A stretch of 35,354 bases of DNA from Myxococcales bacterium (GCA_045863395.1 BTVJ01000076.1:1-35354); one strand, 5' to 3'. Positions 9,056 through 22,042 are shown, counted from the stretch's first letter. Notes: generated by a model from the sequence alone, not told the origin. Translations and numbers: made by a program.

Positions 9056-10678
9056 CTATTTGAGTGCGCTGCCGACCGCGTGCAGGAGCTCCTCCCGCGA
9101 GAAGGGCTTCGGCAGGGACGGGATGTCCTGGCGCTGGGTGTACTCGACCACGCCGGTCATGAGGATCACCCGCGCCGTGAGCGCTGGATACCTGGAGATC
9201 AGGGCCTCGCGCAAGGCCAGGCCGTCCATGCCCGGCATGCGAACGTCCGTCAGGACCACGTCCGGAGCCTCCCCCGCAAGGCTCTCCAGGGCGTCCAGTC
9301 CCGATCCGAAGGCCAGGACGCCGTAGCCTGCGTCGCGCAGGATGGTGGCCACCAGCTCCCGGATGACGGGCTCGTCGTCCACCACCATGGCGACCCTTCC
9401 GCCCCCTGCGACCTCCTCGACCATCGGCCGGGCAGGCACGACGCTCGTCCGGCCCGCTACGGGGAGGGTCACCCTGAAGATCGCCCCGCCCCCGTTGCGG
9501 TTCTCTGCCTGGATGTGCCCTCCGAGCTCCCTGATGATCCCGTAGCTCACCGCGAGGCCCAAGCCGCTGCCCTCGCCGACGCCTTTGGTGGTGAAGAAGG
9601 GAGAGAAGAGCAGCGTGCGGTGCTCGGGACGGATGCCGGGCCCCCGATCCCGCACCTCGATGACCGCTACGTCGTCCGCCCCAAGGGCGACCACCTCCAC
9701 GAGGTGCTCCGAGCCGTGGTCGCCGGCGTTGTCCAGCAGGTTGAGAAGCGCCTGGGCGAGGCGCTGGCGGTCGGCGATGACCTCCACGGATGGGTGCAGC
9801 CCCCCCGTGTGGAGCCCGATGCGCGTCGCAGGGTGACGCGTCGTCGTGATCTCCGCAGCATCGCGCAACACGTCGAGGACCCGCACGCGCTCCCCCCGGG
9901 CGCCGTCCCTGCCCGCGAAGGTCTGGAGGTTCGACACGATCCCGGCGATGCGCATGGCGTGGTCACGGATCGTCACTGCCCGTGTCCTCAGATCGTCGCT
10001 CAGCGCAGGGGCCATGGCCAGGAGGTCTGCCTGACCCCTGACCACGGTCAGCGGGTTGTTGATCTCGTGGGCAACGCCCGCGGCCAGCGCTCCGACGGCG
10101 GCGAGGCGCTGGGCGTGGGCAAGCTCCTGCTCGAGGCGGAGCTTGTCGGCGACGTCGCGGAACGTCAGGAGGAGCTGGCCCGCGGCCTCCCCGGCCTCCT
10201 GTGGCAGCCGCACGGCACGCATGGTGGTGCTGACGATGACCCCGTCCGCGCGCACGAGGTCGATGCCCACGTCCAGCCGCCCGTCCACGTCGCCCTCCAG
10301 CGCGATGGACAGCCGCGCCGCCGACTCCTCGGTGATGTGGTCCTTCAGGAACCCCCCGGGAGCCACGCCCGCCGGTAGGTCCAAGGTCCGCGCGAAGGTC
10401 TCGTTCCAGCGGAGCACACGGCCTTCACCGTCGATGGTCGCGTAGAGATCCGGCGCGTGGTCGTACAGGGTGCGGTACCGCTGCTCGGAGGCGCGCAGGG
10501 CCGTGGTGCGCTTGGCCACGACGCCCTCGAGCGTGGACATGGCTTTGACCACCGCGTACCGGTCGCCCGAGACGTCTGCGGAGCTCTCGTGGAGCTGGCG
10601 GCGGACCAGCGCGTCGATGGTCCGGCGGGCCGCGCGAAGCTCGGCCTCCACCGCCTCGATGTGCTCCCGGGAGGTCAT
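9056..10678 (-). CDS. Hybrid sensor histidine kinase (coiled coil, PAS, HisKA, HATPase, receiver), NahK-like partner of the FIST protein
   Basis: H-box AHEINNPL, N-box LLNLLDNA, DRGPGI, FSPFFTTK, GSGLGL; receiver VVDDE...LTDVRMPGMDG...KPF. The ATG overlaps the FIST stop (ATGA, 10675-10678). Confidence 0.95.
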   Translation of the reverse strand: MTSREHIEAVEAELRAARRTIDALVRRQLHESSADVSGDRYAVVKAMSTLEGVVAKRTTALRASEQRYRTLYDHAPDLYATIDGEGRVLRWNETFARTLDLPAGVAPGGFLKDHITEESAARLSIALEGDVDGRLDVGIDLVRADGVIVSTTMRAVRLPQEAGEAAGQLLLTFRDVADKLRLEQELAHAQRLAAVGALAAGVAHEINNPLTVVRGQADLLAMAPALSDDLRTRAVTIRDHAMRIAGIVSNLQTFAGRDGARGERVRVLDVLRDAAEITTTRHPATRIGLHTGGLHPSVEVIADRQRLAQALLNLLDNAGDHGSEHLVEVVALGADDVAVIEVRDRGPGIRPEHRTLLFSPFFTTKGVGEGSGLGLAVSYGIIRELGGHIQAENRNGGGAIFRVTLPVAGRTSVVPARPMVEEVAGGGRVAMVVDDEPVIRELVATILRDAGYGVLAFGSGLDALESLAGEAPDVVLTDVRMPGMDGLALREALISRYPALTARVILMTGVVEYTQRQDIPSLPKPFSREELLHAVGSALK

Positions 10679-11907
10679 CGCACCGGCCCCTCCGCGCCTC
10701 GCGCAAGGGCGACCCCCGTGAGCGTCTCATTGACCTGCATGAACCCGAACTGCTCGCCGTACGTGTGGAAGCCCGCGGTCGGGGCGATGATGGTCGCGTC
10801 GGCCACCTGCCGGTCGATGCCGCTCACCCGCGCCTCGATGAAGCGCCCGCCGCAGTTGAACTGGATCAGCGCGCCGATGTCACGGCCCAGCATGCCCCGC
10901 ACGTGCGCCATGGCCTCGCGGGAGTCGGCGAGCATGTCGCCCGCCTGCATCACCGTGAGCACGACCCCCTCGTCCACCGCGCCCCCCAGCACGAGCTCGT
11001 CCCCGTCGATGGACATGACGCTGCGCATCGTGTGCTGTCCGCCCACCAGGAAGGCCAGTGATCGGCGCCAGCGGTGGAGCTGGCCGAAGGGGTCAGCGCG
11101 CAGGCGAGACTCCGGGACCTCGAGGATGTCGGCGAACACCCGCACCGCCGGCCAGCCGTCCAGCTCGCGGACCCGACGCCGGAGAGGGTCCGCCTCCGTC
11201 ACGACCACCCTGCGGTCCGTGGGGTGGTAGTGGTGGCTGTGGAACACCTGGAAGCCCGCTGGCCACCGCACGATGAGCAGCGCCGCGGCCCCGGGCAGCG
11301 CCCGGTCCTCGTGGAAGATGCTGGTCTCCCGCATGTCGTAGTCGTCCCCCGCGGATCCCCCCACCGACGGGAGGCCGATGGCCTCGGCCGCCATGTGGGC
11401 CATCAGGAGCTCCTCCATGCCGGAGAGGCCGTCGGTGAGCGTGATTCCGAAGCAGCCGTCCGCAGACGCGGCCCCGGGGGTCGTGCCGACGGCCCCGCAG
11501 GCAGCCTCCATGACGTGTCGCGTCCGGTCGATGTGCAGGGAGTGGAGGTCGTCGATGACGGCAGCAGCCACGCGGAGCTGGTCGCCGCCGAGTGCGAGGG
11601 CGCTGATCCCGCCCGTCGTCCAGCCCGCGATCCCCACCTCGCCCATGGTGGTGCAGCCCAGGACCAGCGTGTCCGGGAAGGCCGCCTTGACTCCCCGGCT
11701 CAGCGTGTAGCGGTCGTGCCGGGACGACGCGAACATCAGCAGGAGGCGGGGCGCAGGGCGACCGGGGCGGGCGAGCTGGTCGATCAGGTCTCCCAGGGCC
11801 TCCGGGGTGGCAGTCTCCAGCGAGTGGGCGGCGCGGACGTCCAGGGCAGCGCTCCCCGTCGTCGGGGCCCGGTTGGCCGTGCTGTGCGAGGCCGTCTCGT
11901 GGGTCAT
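10675..11907 (-). CDS. nosP: FIST-domain signal transduction protein (NosP-like)
   Basis: GCTTMGEV, LTDGLSGMEE, VGGSAGDD, RRVRELDGWPA and GFHTYGEQFGFMQVNETLTG are FIST_N/FIST_C motifs. It is coupled to a hybrid kinase. Start chosen at MTHET (11907) after AAGGGA; the gene symbol is a family-level call. Confidence 0.85.
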   Translation of the reverse strand: MTHETASHSTANRAPTTGSAALDVRAAHSLETATPEALGDLIDQLARPGRPAPRLLLMFASSRHDRYTLSRGVKAAFPDTLVLGCTTMGEVGIAGWTTGGISALALGGDQLRVAAAVIDDLHSLHIDRTRHVMEAACGAVGTTPGAASADGCFGITLTDGLSGMEELLMAHMAAEAIGLPSVGGSAGDDYDMRETSIFHEDRALPGAAALLIVRWPAGFQVFHSHHYHPTDRRVVVTEADPLRRRVRELDGWPAVRVFADILEVPESRLRADPFGQLHRWRRSLAFLVGGQHTMRSVMSIDGDELVLGGAVDEGVVLTVMQAGDMLADSREAMAHVRGMLGRDIGALIQFNCGGRFIEARVSGIDRQVADATIIAPTAGFHTYGEQFGFMQVNETLTGVALARGAEGPVR

Positions 11908-12123
11908 TGCGGGTCCCTTCTGGTGCCACATCTCCACTGAAGGCACGGCTGTGCGCTATCCGTCGAGTTTCTGTACACCATCGGCGTGGGAAGCGCAAAG
12001 CCTCGGTCTCCCGTGCGCCTGGCGCCAGGGCCGTGAGCGCTGGCGATGGGGACCCCACTGGAATAGACTCCCGCTGAGCTGCGCCACGGAGCGCATGGGC
12101 CAAGCCCCTCCGAGGAGGACACC

Positions 12124-15387
<3,264 letters not shown>

Positions 15388-15524
15388 CCCGCTCTCACCT
15401 GCGCTGGGAGGGTCCCTCCATCGGGGCTCCGACACGCGCCCGCTTGAGGTGGCGCTGCCCCTGACCGATGTTCCCTGTGCGGCGGCACGATTCGGCCTCG
15501 CCGCAGGAGGCGGCCAAGGAGTCC

Positions 15525-16718
15525 ATGGCAAAGGCATGCCGCAGATGCGAGCGCGAGTTCACCGACCTGGTGAGCTCCTGCCCCGAGCACGGGAAGGAGC
15601 TCGTGCCGTTCACGGACTCACGTATGCGCCCCGGCGACGTCGTCGACCGCTACGTGGTGCTCAACCGGGTGGGGGCAGGGGGCGCCGGTGACGTCTATCG
15701 GGCGCGGCGGGCCGACCTGGAGCAGGTCGTGGCGCTGAAGCTCCTACGCACACGCACCCGCCGGGAGGCGGAGCGATTCGAGAACGAGGCGCGGGTGCTC
15801 TCCAGGGTCACGAGCCCGCACATCGTCCGTCTGGGGGAGCGTGGCATCGCAGGGGACGGGCGGCCCTACCTGATCATGCCGCTGGTGCCCGGCCGCACGC
15901 TGCGCCAGGTCATCCAGGCGGAGGCGCCGCTCGGGCCCGTGCGAGCTGCGCGCCTCATGGGGCAGGTCGCGAGGGCCGTCGAGGCGCTCCACGCGGCGGG
16001 GGTCGCCCACCTGGACCTCAAGCCGACGAACATCATGGTCACGCCCGACGCCATCACGCGCGAGCACGTCACTCTGGTCGATTTCGGCATTGCCCTCGAC
16101 CCGCAGGACGCGCTGAGTGCCCGCCTGCGCGTGCCCGGGGCAGGCACGCCCGGCTACTTGAGTCCCGAGCAGGCGGCGGGAGACGCTGTGGACACGCGCT
16201 CCGACCTCTGGTCGCTCGGGGCGATCCTGCACGAGCTGCTGACGGGCGAGCGCGCCTTCGCCTACGACGACGCGCGGGCGGCCATGGACGGCGTCAGGCA
16301 CGCCCAAGTTCGCCCGATCCGCGAGAGCCACCCCGCGCTGCGCGTGCCGTCTGCGCTGGACGAGCTCCTCCTGGCGCTGCTCAGCGACGACCCGGCGTCG
16401 CGGCCCGGCGCCTCGCGGGTCCGGGAGGCGCTCGATGCCATCGTGACCGCCGGGTGGGCAGGTACAGCAGAGCGAGGGGAGGGCGTTGACCCCGACGGCA
16501 CGTCCACCTCCCAGGACGGCCCGGCCGCGAGCGCCGTCCTCGCGTCGCCGCCTGCGCCCCTTGCAGCGGCCCTTCGTTGGTTCACCCGGGCCACGTCGTC
16601 CCTGGCGGGATCGGCGACGACCCTGGGCGCAGCGCTCGTGCGCCGCGTCAGAGGTGGGGGTGTCTCGGTGGCGGCGGCCAGCCGGGCCGAGGTCCAGCAG
16701 GTACCTCCCCGGGCGTGA
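15525..16718 (+). CDS. Hanks-type Ser/Thr protein kinase with an N-terminal zinc-ribbon-like motif
   Basis: SD AAGGAG; CRRC...CPEH; GAGGAGDVY, VALK, HLDLKPTN, DFG, GTPGYLSPE, SDLWSLG. Confidence 0.92.
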   Translation: MAKACRRCEREFTDLVSSCPEHGKELVPFTDSRMRPGDVVDRYVVLNRVGAGGAGDVYRARRADLEQVVALKLLRTRTRREAERFENEARVLSRVTSPHIVRLGERGIAGDGRPYLIMPLVPGRTLRQVIQAEAPLGPVRAARLMGQVARAVEALHAAGVAHLDLKPTNIMVTPDAITREHVTLVDFGIALDPQDALSARLRVPGAGTPGYLSPEQAAGDAVDTRSDLWSLGAILHELLTGERAFAYDDARAAMDGVRHAQVRPIRESHPALRVPSALDELLLALLSDDPASRPGASRVREALDAIVTAGWAGTAERGEGVDPDGTSTSQDGPAASAVLASPPAPLAAALRWFTRATSSLAGSATTLGAALVRRVRGGGVSVAAASRAEVQQVPPRA

Positions 16719-16794
16719 AGGGGTCCAACCATTGCACTCTCGGCGCACGGGGGCCGCGCCCCCGCCCGTTGCCGACTCGGTGGGTGGGCCTGTG

Positions 16795-17664
16795 TCAGGC
16801 GCCCGGAGCGAGGATGGTGCCGGAGAGCAGGTCGATGGTCATGCCCTCCACCGCCATGTGGGTGTCCGGGAAACGGCTGCGCGCGCGGGCGTGGATGTCG
16901 TCGAGCTGCTCGTCGTCGTGGGTGTAGTCGTGGTGGAAGAGCACCAGGTTCTTCACGGCCGCGTGGTGCGCGACGCGCACGGCCTCCTCCCAGGTGCTGT
17001 GCCCCCAGCCCACCCGGCAGGGCCCCTGCCGGCCCAGGTACTCGTCCTGGCAGTAGCTGGCGTCGTAGCTGAGCCAGTCGGCTCCGGCGCACAGCTCGGT
17101 GACGTTGTCGTCGAAGCCGTCGGCAGGGTGCTCAGTGTCCGAGCAGTGCACGAGGGAGCGCCCCTTGTAGGTGAACCGCATGCCGACGCTGCCGCCGGGG
17201 TGGTTCAGGGGGCGCGTGTCGAGCCGGATGCCGTCCCCGAGGTCCCGCGACTCCCCAGCCCGCAGCTCGTGGAAGCTGAGCTTCGCGCCGAGCTGATCGA
17301 GGGTCACGGGGAACGTGGGGTAGGACATCTGGCCGCCGAGGACGGCGCGCAGGTCCGTGCCGTCGAGCGCCTGACCGTGGAGCCGGAACGTGTTGCCGGC
17401 GCGGAACACGGGCGAGAAGAACGGAAACCCCTGGATGTGATCCCAGTGGACGTGGCTGAAGAAGAGGTCCGCGCTGACCGGGTGGGGCAGCGTCGCGCCC
17501 AGGGCCCGCACGCCTGTTCCCGCGTCGATGATCAGCAGGCGGTCGCCGCAGCGGATCTCCACGCAGGAGGTGTTGCCGCCGTACCGAGCCGTGCGCGGGC
17601 CTGGAGTCGGGATGCTTCCGCGCACACCCCAGAAGCGCATGGTGAACCGATCAGTGCTGCTCAA
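16795..17664 (-). CDS. MBL-fold metallo-hydrolase
   Basis: FWGVRGSIPTPG, YGGNTSC, IDAGTG, SHVHWDHIQG (HxHxDH), GHS, LFHHD. TTG start follows GGGAGG; an alternative ATG is at 17640. Confidence 0.92.
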   Translation of the reverse strand: MSSTDRFTMRFWGVRGSIPTPGPRTARYGGNTSCVEIRCGDRLLIIDAGTGVRALGATLPHPVSADLFFSHVHWDHIQGFPFFSPVFRAGNTFRLHGQALDGTDLRAVLGGQMSYPTFPVTLDQLGAKLSFHELRAGESRDLGDGIRLDTRPLNHPGGSVGMRFTYKGRSLVHCSDTEHPADGFDDNVTELCAGADWLSYDASYCQDEYLGRQGPCRVGWGHSTWEEAVRVAHHAAVKNLVLFHHDYTHDDEQLDDIHARARSRFPDTHMAVEGMTIDLLSGTILAPGA

Positions 17665-17777
17665 GCTCGAGGCCTCCCCGGGGGCGAAGGGTTGCGACGG
17701 AGTATAGTGCAGGAACCCCGAGCTTGGCCACTGCGGCGATGTCTGGCGGGGGCCGAGCTGGACACTTGGAGAATGTG

Positions 17778-18860
17778 ATGAAATTCAGAGTGGTTACGTT
17801 CGCGGCCTGCGTGGCCCTGGCGACGGTGGCGCAGCCCGCGGGCGCCGAGGTGGTGCCCGGACCACGCGGCGTCATCGACGTGCATGGCCACCTGAGCTTG
17901 CACGGAGCGAAGGCCATCGCCCAGATCATGGGCACAAACGGTGTCCGGGCCATGGTCAACCTGAGCGGCGGCTCCCCGGGCATGGGCATGGAGCAGGCGG
18001 TGGCGCTGGCCAGCCTCTTCGGCGGGCGCATCGTCAACTTCTACACCCCCGACTGGTCCCACGTAGACGAGCCCGACTTCGGGGTGGTGGAGGCCGCGCG
18101 GTTGGAGCAGGCCGTCACCCGACACGACTACCGCGGGCTGAAGATCGCGAAGGTCCTGGGCCTCGGGCTCCGGTGGGCGAGTGGGGTGCTCGTCGACGTG
18201 GACGACCCGGTCATGGACCCGATCTGGCAGAAGGCGGGTGAGCTCGGCGTCCCCGTGTCCATCCACGTCGCGGACCCCAAGGCCTTCTTCGAGCCCATGA
18301 GCCCGGAGAACGAGCGGTGGGAGGAGCTGAGCGTCCACCCGAGCTGGTCTTTCCACGGAGGGGACTTCCCCTCGCACCAGGAGCTGCTCGACGCCCTCGA
18401 GCGGGTCGTGGACCGCCACCCCCGCACTACGTTCATCGGCGTCCACTTCGGCAACGACGCCGAGGATCTCGCCTGGGTGGACCGGATGCTCGACGCCTAC
18501 CCCAACTTCATGATCGACACGGCGGCCCGCGTCGGGGAGTTCGGGCGGCACGACGCGGCGGCCGTGCGGGCGTTCTTCGTGAAGCACCAGGACCGGATCC
18601 TCTTCGGGACGGACATCGGCGTCGGGGCCACCCACCTCATGCTGGGGTCCAACGGGGCCGTCCCTCCCACCATGAAGGACGTCAAGCCCTTCTACGACGC
18701 CCACTGGCGCTACTTCGAGACCGAGGAGCGGCAGATCGATCACCCGTCGCCCATCCAGGGGCGCTGGAAGGTGGACGCCATCGGTCTGCCGCGAGAGGTT
18801 CTCCAGAAGTTGTACGTGGGGAACGCCAACCGATTGATCTTCAAGGGTAAGGTGCCATAG
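17778..18860 (+). CDS. Exported amidohydrolase-family (TIM-barrel metal-dependent) protein
   Basis: Signal peptide MKFRVVTFAACVALATVAQPAGA; IDVHGH, GLKI, PVSIHVAD, GVHFG, RILFGTD. Confidence 0.88.
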   Translation: MKFRVVTFAACVALATVAQPAGAEVVPGPRGVIDVHGHLSLHGAKAIAQIMGTNGVRAMVNLSGGSPGMGMEQAVALASLFGGRIVNFYTPDWSHVDEPDFGVVEAARLEQAVTRHDYRGLKIAKVLGLGLRWASGVLVDVDDPVMDPIWQKAGELGVPVSIHVADPKAFFEPMSPENERWEELSVHPSWSFHGGDFPSHQELLDALERVVDRHPRTTFIGVHFGNDAEDLAWVDRMLDAYPNFMIDTAARVGEFGRHDAAAVRAFFVKHQDRILFGTDIGVGATHLMLGSNGAVPPTMKDVKPFYDAHWRYFETEERQIDHPSPIQGRWKVDAIGLPREVLQKLYVGNANRLIFKGKVP

Positions 18861-18863
18861 GGG

Positions 18864-20534
18864 TCACTCCGCCCGTGCAGGGGCGTGCTCTCCGTCGCCC
18901 ATGTGCTGGATCACGAGGCGCCAGGTGCCCGTGGGGAGGTCCTGGGGGATTGGGACCGCCTCGGCGAAGCGCCCGTCCGGCCCGGTCAGCGTGCCGCCCA
19001 GCTTGCGGGGCTTGGCCTCGCCGACCGGGGAGACCAGCAGGAACACGACCTGAAGCCCGGCGACGCCGCGCGCGCCCGAGTCGAGTACCTGCCCGGCCAC
19101 GGGCAGTGACTCGCCGCGGTACACGCTGACGTCCAGGGCGTCGAGCGCGATGCGGGTCGGCGCGCGGCGGTCCGCGGGATCCATGCGCAGCGCGCGGGGG
19201 AGGGCCGGGTCCGCCAGGGCCTCGTCGCCGGCGCCCGGGTCCCGGGACGCCAGGCGCTGTCGGGGAGGGAGCCCATGCACCTGGGACGCGCCCGCCTCGC
19301 CCTCCATTGCCTGGTAGCTGTAGGTCTCGTCGTAGCCGCCCCCAGTGGGGAAGGGGTCCGGCCCGTCGGGGACGTGCCGCCGCCGGTCGTCCCCACCGAA
19401 GACCGTCAGCCCGTCGGCGCCGCCGCCCAGGTCCAGTCGCAACCACCCCGGGTCCGGGCCGGGGATCCACACCTCGGCGAAGACGTGGGCCTCGTTGGAG
19501 ACGTAGCGGGCCGGGATGCCCAGCGTCTGGGCGGTGATCACGAAGGCGTGGACCCGGTGGCGGCACACCCCCACCTGCCCGAGCGCCAGGTCCAGGTAGA
19601 TGTCCCCCGAGTCCGACGGCGGGTCGCCGGGGCGGAAGGCGCGGAACCACGAGACGAGCCGGGGCAGCGCCTCGTCCAGCGGCTGCTCCGGTGCCACCCC
19701 GATGCGCCGCCACACAGTCGTCGCCACCTCGCGGACGCCTCGGGGCACCTGGGGGCGGCCGCCGGGACAGCCGGACCAGGCGTCGGCGGTGGTGATGCCG
19801 CGAGGGATGGTCCGCGTGAACCAGCGCCGCGGGGCGTCCATCAGGACGTTGAGGCGCACCCGCCCCCCGTCATCGGAGCGGACGAAGTAGTTGCCTGCGC
19901 CGTCGATGAAGAAGGCGAGGCCCACTCCGGGGGCCGTCTCGTAGCCGAGGATGCGGGACTCCGGCGACACGCTGGGGATGGGGGCGTAGCGCCCCGGAGC
20001 CAGCTCGACCAGCAGCGAACCCCAGAAGGCGTCTCGGCCAGCATCCAGGCGGTTCCCGACGATTTCCAGCGGAGTGGGTCGAGGGCGCCCGATCTCCAGC
20101 GAATAGTCTGGCTGGATGAGGTCCTTCGCGTTGTTCCGCTTGAACGGAACCACGGAGGGGTCGAAGACCGCGTGGTAGTAGAGCATGCCCTCGCGCTGCG
20201 TGTGCCGGTCCGGTGCCGTGGAGGAGCCGACCGACTGGGCCGCCCCCTCCACCGTCTCGCCCTCGCCGAGGGAGCGATAGACGATCTCGTCTCCCGTGGG
20301 GGGCGGCTCCTCCAGGTCGGGGGCCGGGATGTCCTCTCCTCCCACGCGCACCGCGTCCGGCAGGGTCCCGGCGCCACTCGGGTCCAGCACGAGTCCCTGC
20401 TCGGGGGCCTTCCGGTGGCGGGGGAGGCGCTCGTGGAGCACAGGCCGATCGGGGGTCTGGGCGGCTGCGCCCGACCACAGGAAGGCTCCGAGTATTGCGA
20501 TGCGCAGCGCCCGCGCGCTACCCTGCTCCGTCAT
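18864..20534 (-). CDS. Exported transglutaminase-like domain protein
   Basis: Cys-His-Asp triad context GVCRHR...LGIPARYV...HVFAEVW...GWLRLD; signal-like N-terminus; beta-rich C-terminal domain. The start codon is uncertain. Confidence 0.85.
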   Translation of the reverse strand: MTEQGSARALRIAILGAFLWSGAAAQTPDRPVLHERLPRHRKAPEQGLVLDPSGAGTLPDAVRVGGEDIPAPDLEEPPPTGDEIVYRSLGEGETVEGAAQSVGSSTAPDRHTQREGMLYYHAVFDPSVVPFKRNNAKDLIQPDYSLEIGRPRPTPLEIVGNRLDAGRDAFWGSLLVELAPGRYAPIPSVSPESRILGYETAPGVGLAFFIDGAGNYFVRSDDGGRVRLNVLMDAPRRWFTRTIPRGITTADAWSGCPGGRPQVPRGVREVATTVWRRIGVAPEQPLDEALPRLVSWFRAFRPGDPPSDSGDIYLDLALGQVGVCRHRVHAFVITAQTLGIPARYVSNEAHVFAEVWIPGPDPGWLRLDLGGGADGLTVFGGDDRRRHVPDGPDPFPTGGGYDETYSYQAMEGEAGASQVHGLPPRQRLASRDPGAGDEALADPALPRALRMDPADRRAPTRIALDALDVSVYRGESLPVAGQVLDSGARGVAGLQVVFLLVSPVGEAKPRKLGGTLTGPDGRFAEAVPIPQDLPTGTWRLVIQHMGDGEHAPARAE

Positions 20535-22029
20535 GACCCAGCCACTCCACGTGTCTCCCCTGGAACCGCCCGACGACGACCTCCGTGGGCTGCTGCCAGA
20601 CAAGGTACCATATCAGTCCCGCGTGTTCGTCAACCGCACCCTGCGCCTGGACCAGATCCGCGTCGTCGGCTTCGACATGGACTACACCCTCGCTCAGTAC
20701 GGGGTGGCGCTGGAGCACCTCCAGTCACGCATGACGCTCGAGAGGCTCGTGGGGGTCCACGGGTATCCGCCGGAGGTGGGCGAGATCGCCTACGACCCCT
20801 CGTTCCCCATGCGCGGGACGGTCATCGACAAGGCGCGGGGACACATCTTCAAGATGGACGCCCACAAGCACGTGGAGCGGGTGGTACACGGCACGCGGCG
20901 CCTCCCGAAGGAGGAGCGCCATCGAGCGTATCGCCGGGGGGTCATCCGGGCGGGTCACGGGCGCTACGCCCTCATGGACACCCTGTTCGCCCTGCCCGAG
21001 GTCTTTCTCTATGCGCGCATCGTGGAGCTTCAGGAGTCCCGGGCGCCGAGCGGACGCCTCAGCGCGGCGGGCTATCGGAAGATCTACGACGACATCCGGG
21101 AGTCCATCGACTGCGTGCACCGGGACGGGTCCCTCAAGGCCATCATCATGGCCGATCTCGACCGCTACGTGGAGCAGGATCCCCACCTGGTCGCGACCCT
21201 GGAGGCGTTCCTGGTCGCGGACAAGCGCCTGTTCCTGCTGACCAACTCCGGATGGGAGTACACCGATGCGGTGATGCGCCACCTGCTCGACGGGAGGCAC
21301 CCGCGCCGCCCCTCCTGGAGGGACTGGTTCGAGGTGGTGGTGGTGGCGGCGAGCAAGCCGGGCTTCTTCTCGGCTCGCCACCCGTTCCGGGCGGGGCCCT
21401 CGGGGGAGGTGGCGACCGAGGCGCGCTTCAAGCCTGGAGTGGTCTACGAGGGCGGCAACATCCGCGACTTCGAGCGGATGCTGGGCGACGGCGGCGACGG
21501 GGTGCTCTACGTGGGAGACCACATCTACGGCGACATGCTGCGCTCCAAGAAGGCCTGCGCGTGGCGGACGGCCATGATCGTGCCGGAGCTGGAGCACGAG
21601 CTGCGCATGCTCTCCAACGCGCGCCTCGACATCCTCGCCCGGGACCGGCTGGAGGCCGAGCGGGTCGCCCTGGACGACGAGCTCGCCTACACGCTGCGGG
21701 CGATCGGGCGGCTACGGACAGGCAACGGTTCCACGGAGGGGGCGCTCCACGCCGAGGAGGCGCGCGCCGAGGGCATCCAGGCCGCGATCCGCGCCAACCT
21801 GGTGCAGACGCGGGGCCTGGAGCGTGCCATCGAGGGTCGCTTCAACCCCACCTGGGGCATGCTGCTCAAGGCCAACGCGGAGCACAGCGTCTTCGGGAGC
21901 CAGGTGGAGACCTACGCCTGCGTCTACACGAGCCGCGTGTCCAACTTCCGGAACTACACGCCGGTTCAGTACTTCCGTACTCCCCGCGACCTGCTGCCCC
22001 ACGAGCGCTTCGAGTACTTCGGGATGTGA
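20533..22029 (+). CDS. HAD-IG family 5'-nucleotidase (cN-II-like)
   Basis: VFVNRTLRL...GFDMDYTLAQY, FLLTNS, ASKPGFF, LYVGDHIYGD, YACVYTSRVSN. The start is uncertain (ATG 20533 or GTG 20551). Confidence 0.95.
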   Translation: MTQPLHVSPLEPPDDDLRGLLPDKVPYQSRVFVNRTLRLDQIRVVGFDMDYTLAQYGVALEHLQSRMTLERLVGVHGYPPEVGEIAYDPSFPMRGTVIDKARGHIFKMDAHKHVERVVHGTRRLPKEERHRAYRRGVIRAGHGRYALMDTLFALPEVFLYARIVELQESRAPSGRLSAAGYRKIYDDIRESIDCVHRDGSLKAIIMADLDRYVEQDPHLVATLEAFLVADKRLFLLTNSGWEYTDAVMRHLLDGRHPRRPSWRDWFEVVVVAASKPGFFSARHPFRAGPSGEVATEARFKPGVVYEGGNIRDFERMLGDGGDGVLYVGDHIYGDMLRSKKACAWRTAMIVPELEHELRMLSNARLDILARDRLEAERVALDDELAYTLRAIGRLRTGNGSTEGALHAEEARAEGIQAAIRANLVQTRGLERAIEGRFNPTWGMLLKANAEHSVFGSQVETYACVYTSRVSNFRNYTPVQYFRTPRDLLPHERFEYFGM

Positions 22030-22042
22030 GGGGGGCCGGTCG

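Noticed and set aside
11941..11955. Sigma-54-like AGGCACGGCTGTGC in the FIST/lipoprotein divergent region
   Set aside because: GG-to-GC spacing is 9 nt rather than the required 10.
12060..12090. Second GGAAT upstream of the large lipoprotein as an ECF promoter
   Set aside because: No GTT at the 18-nt spacing.
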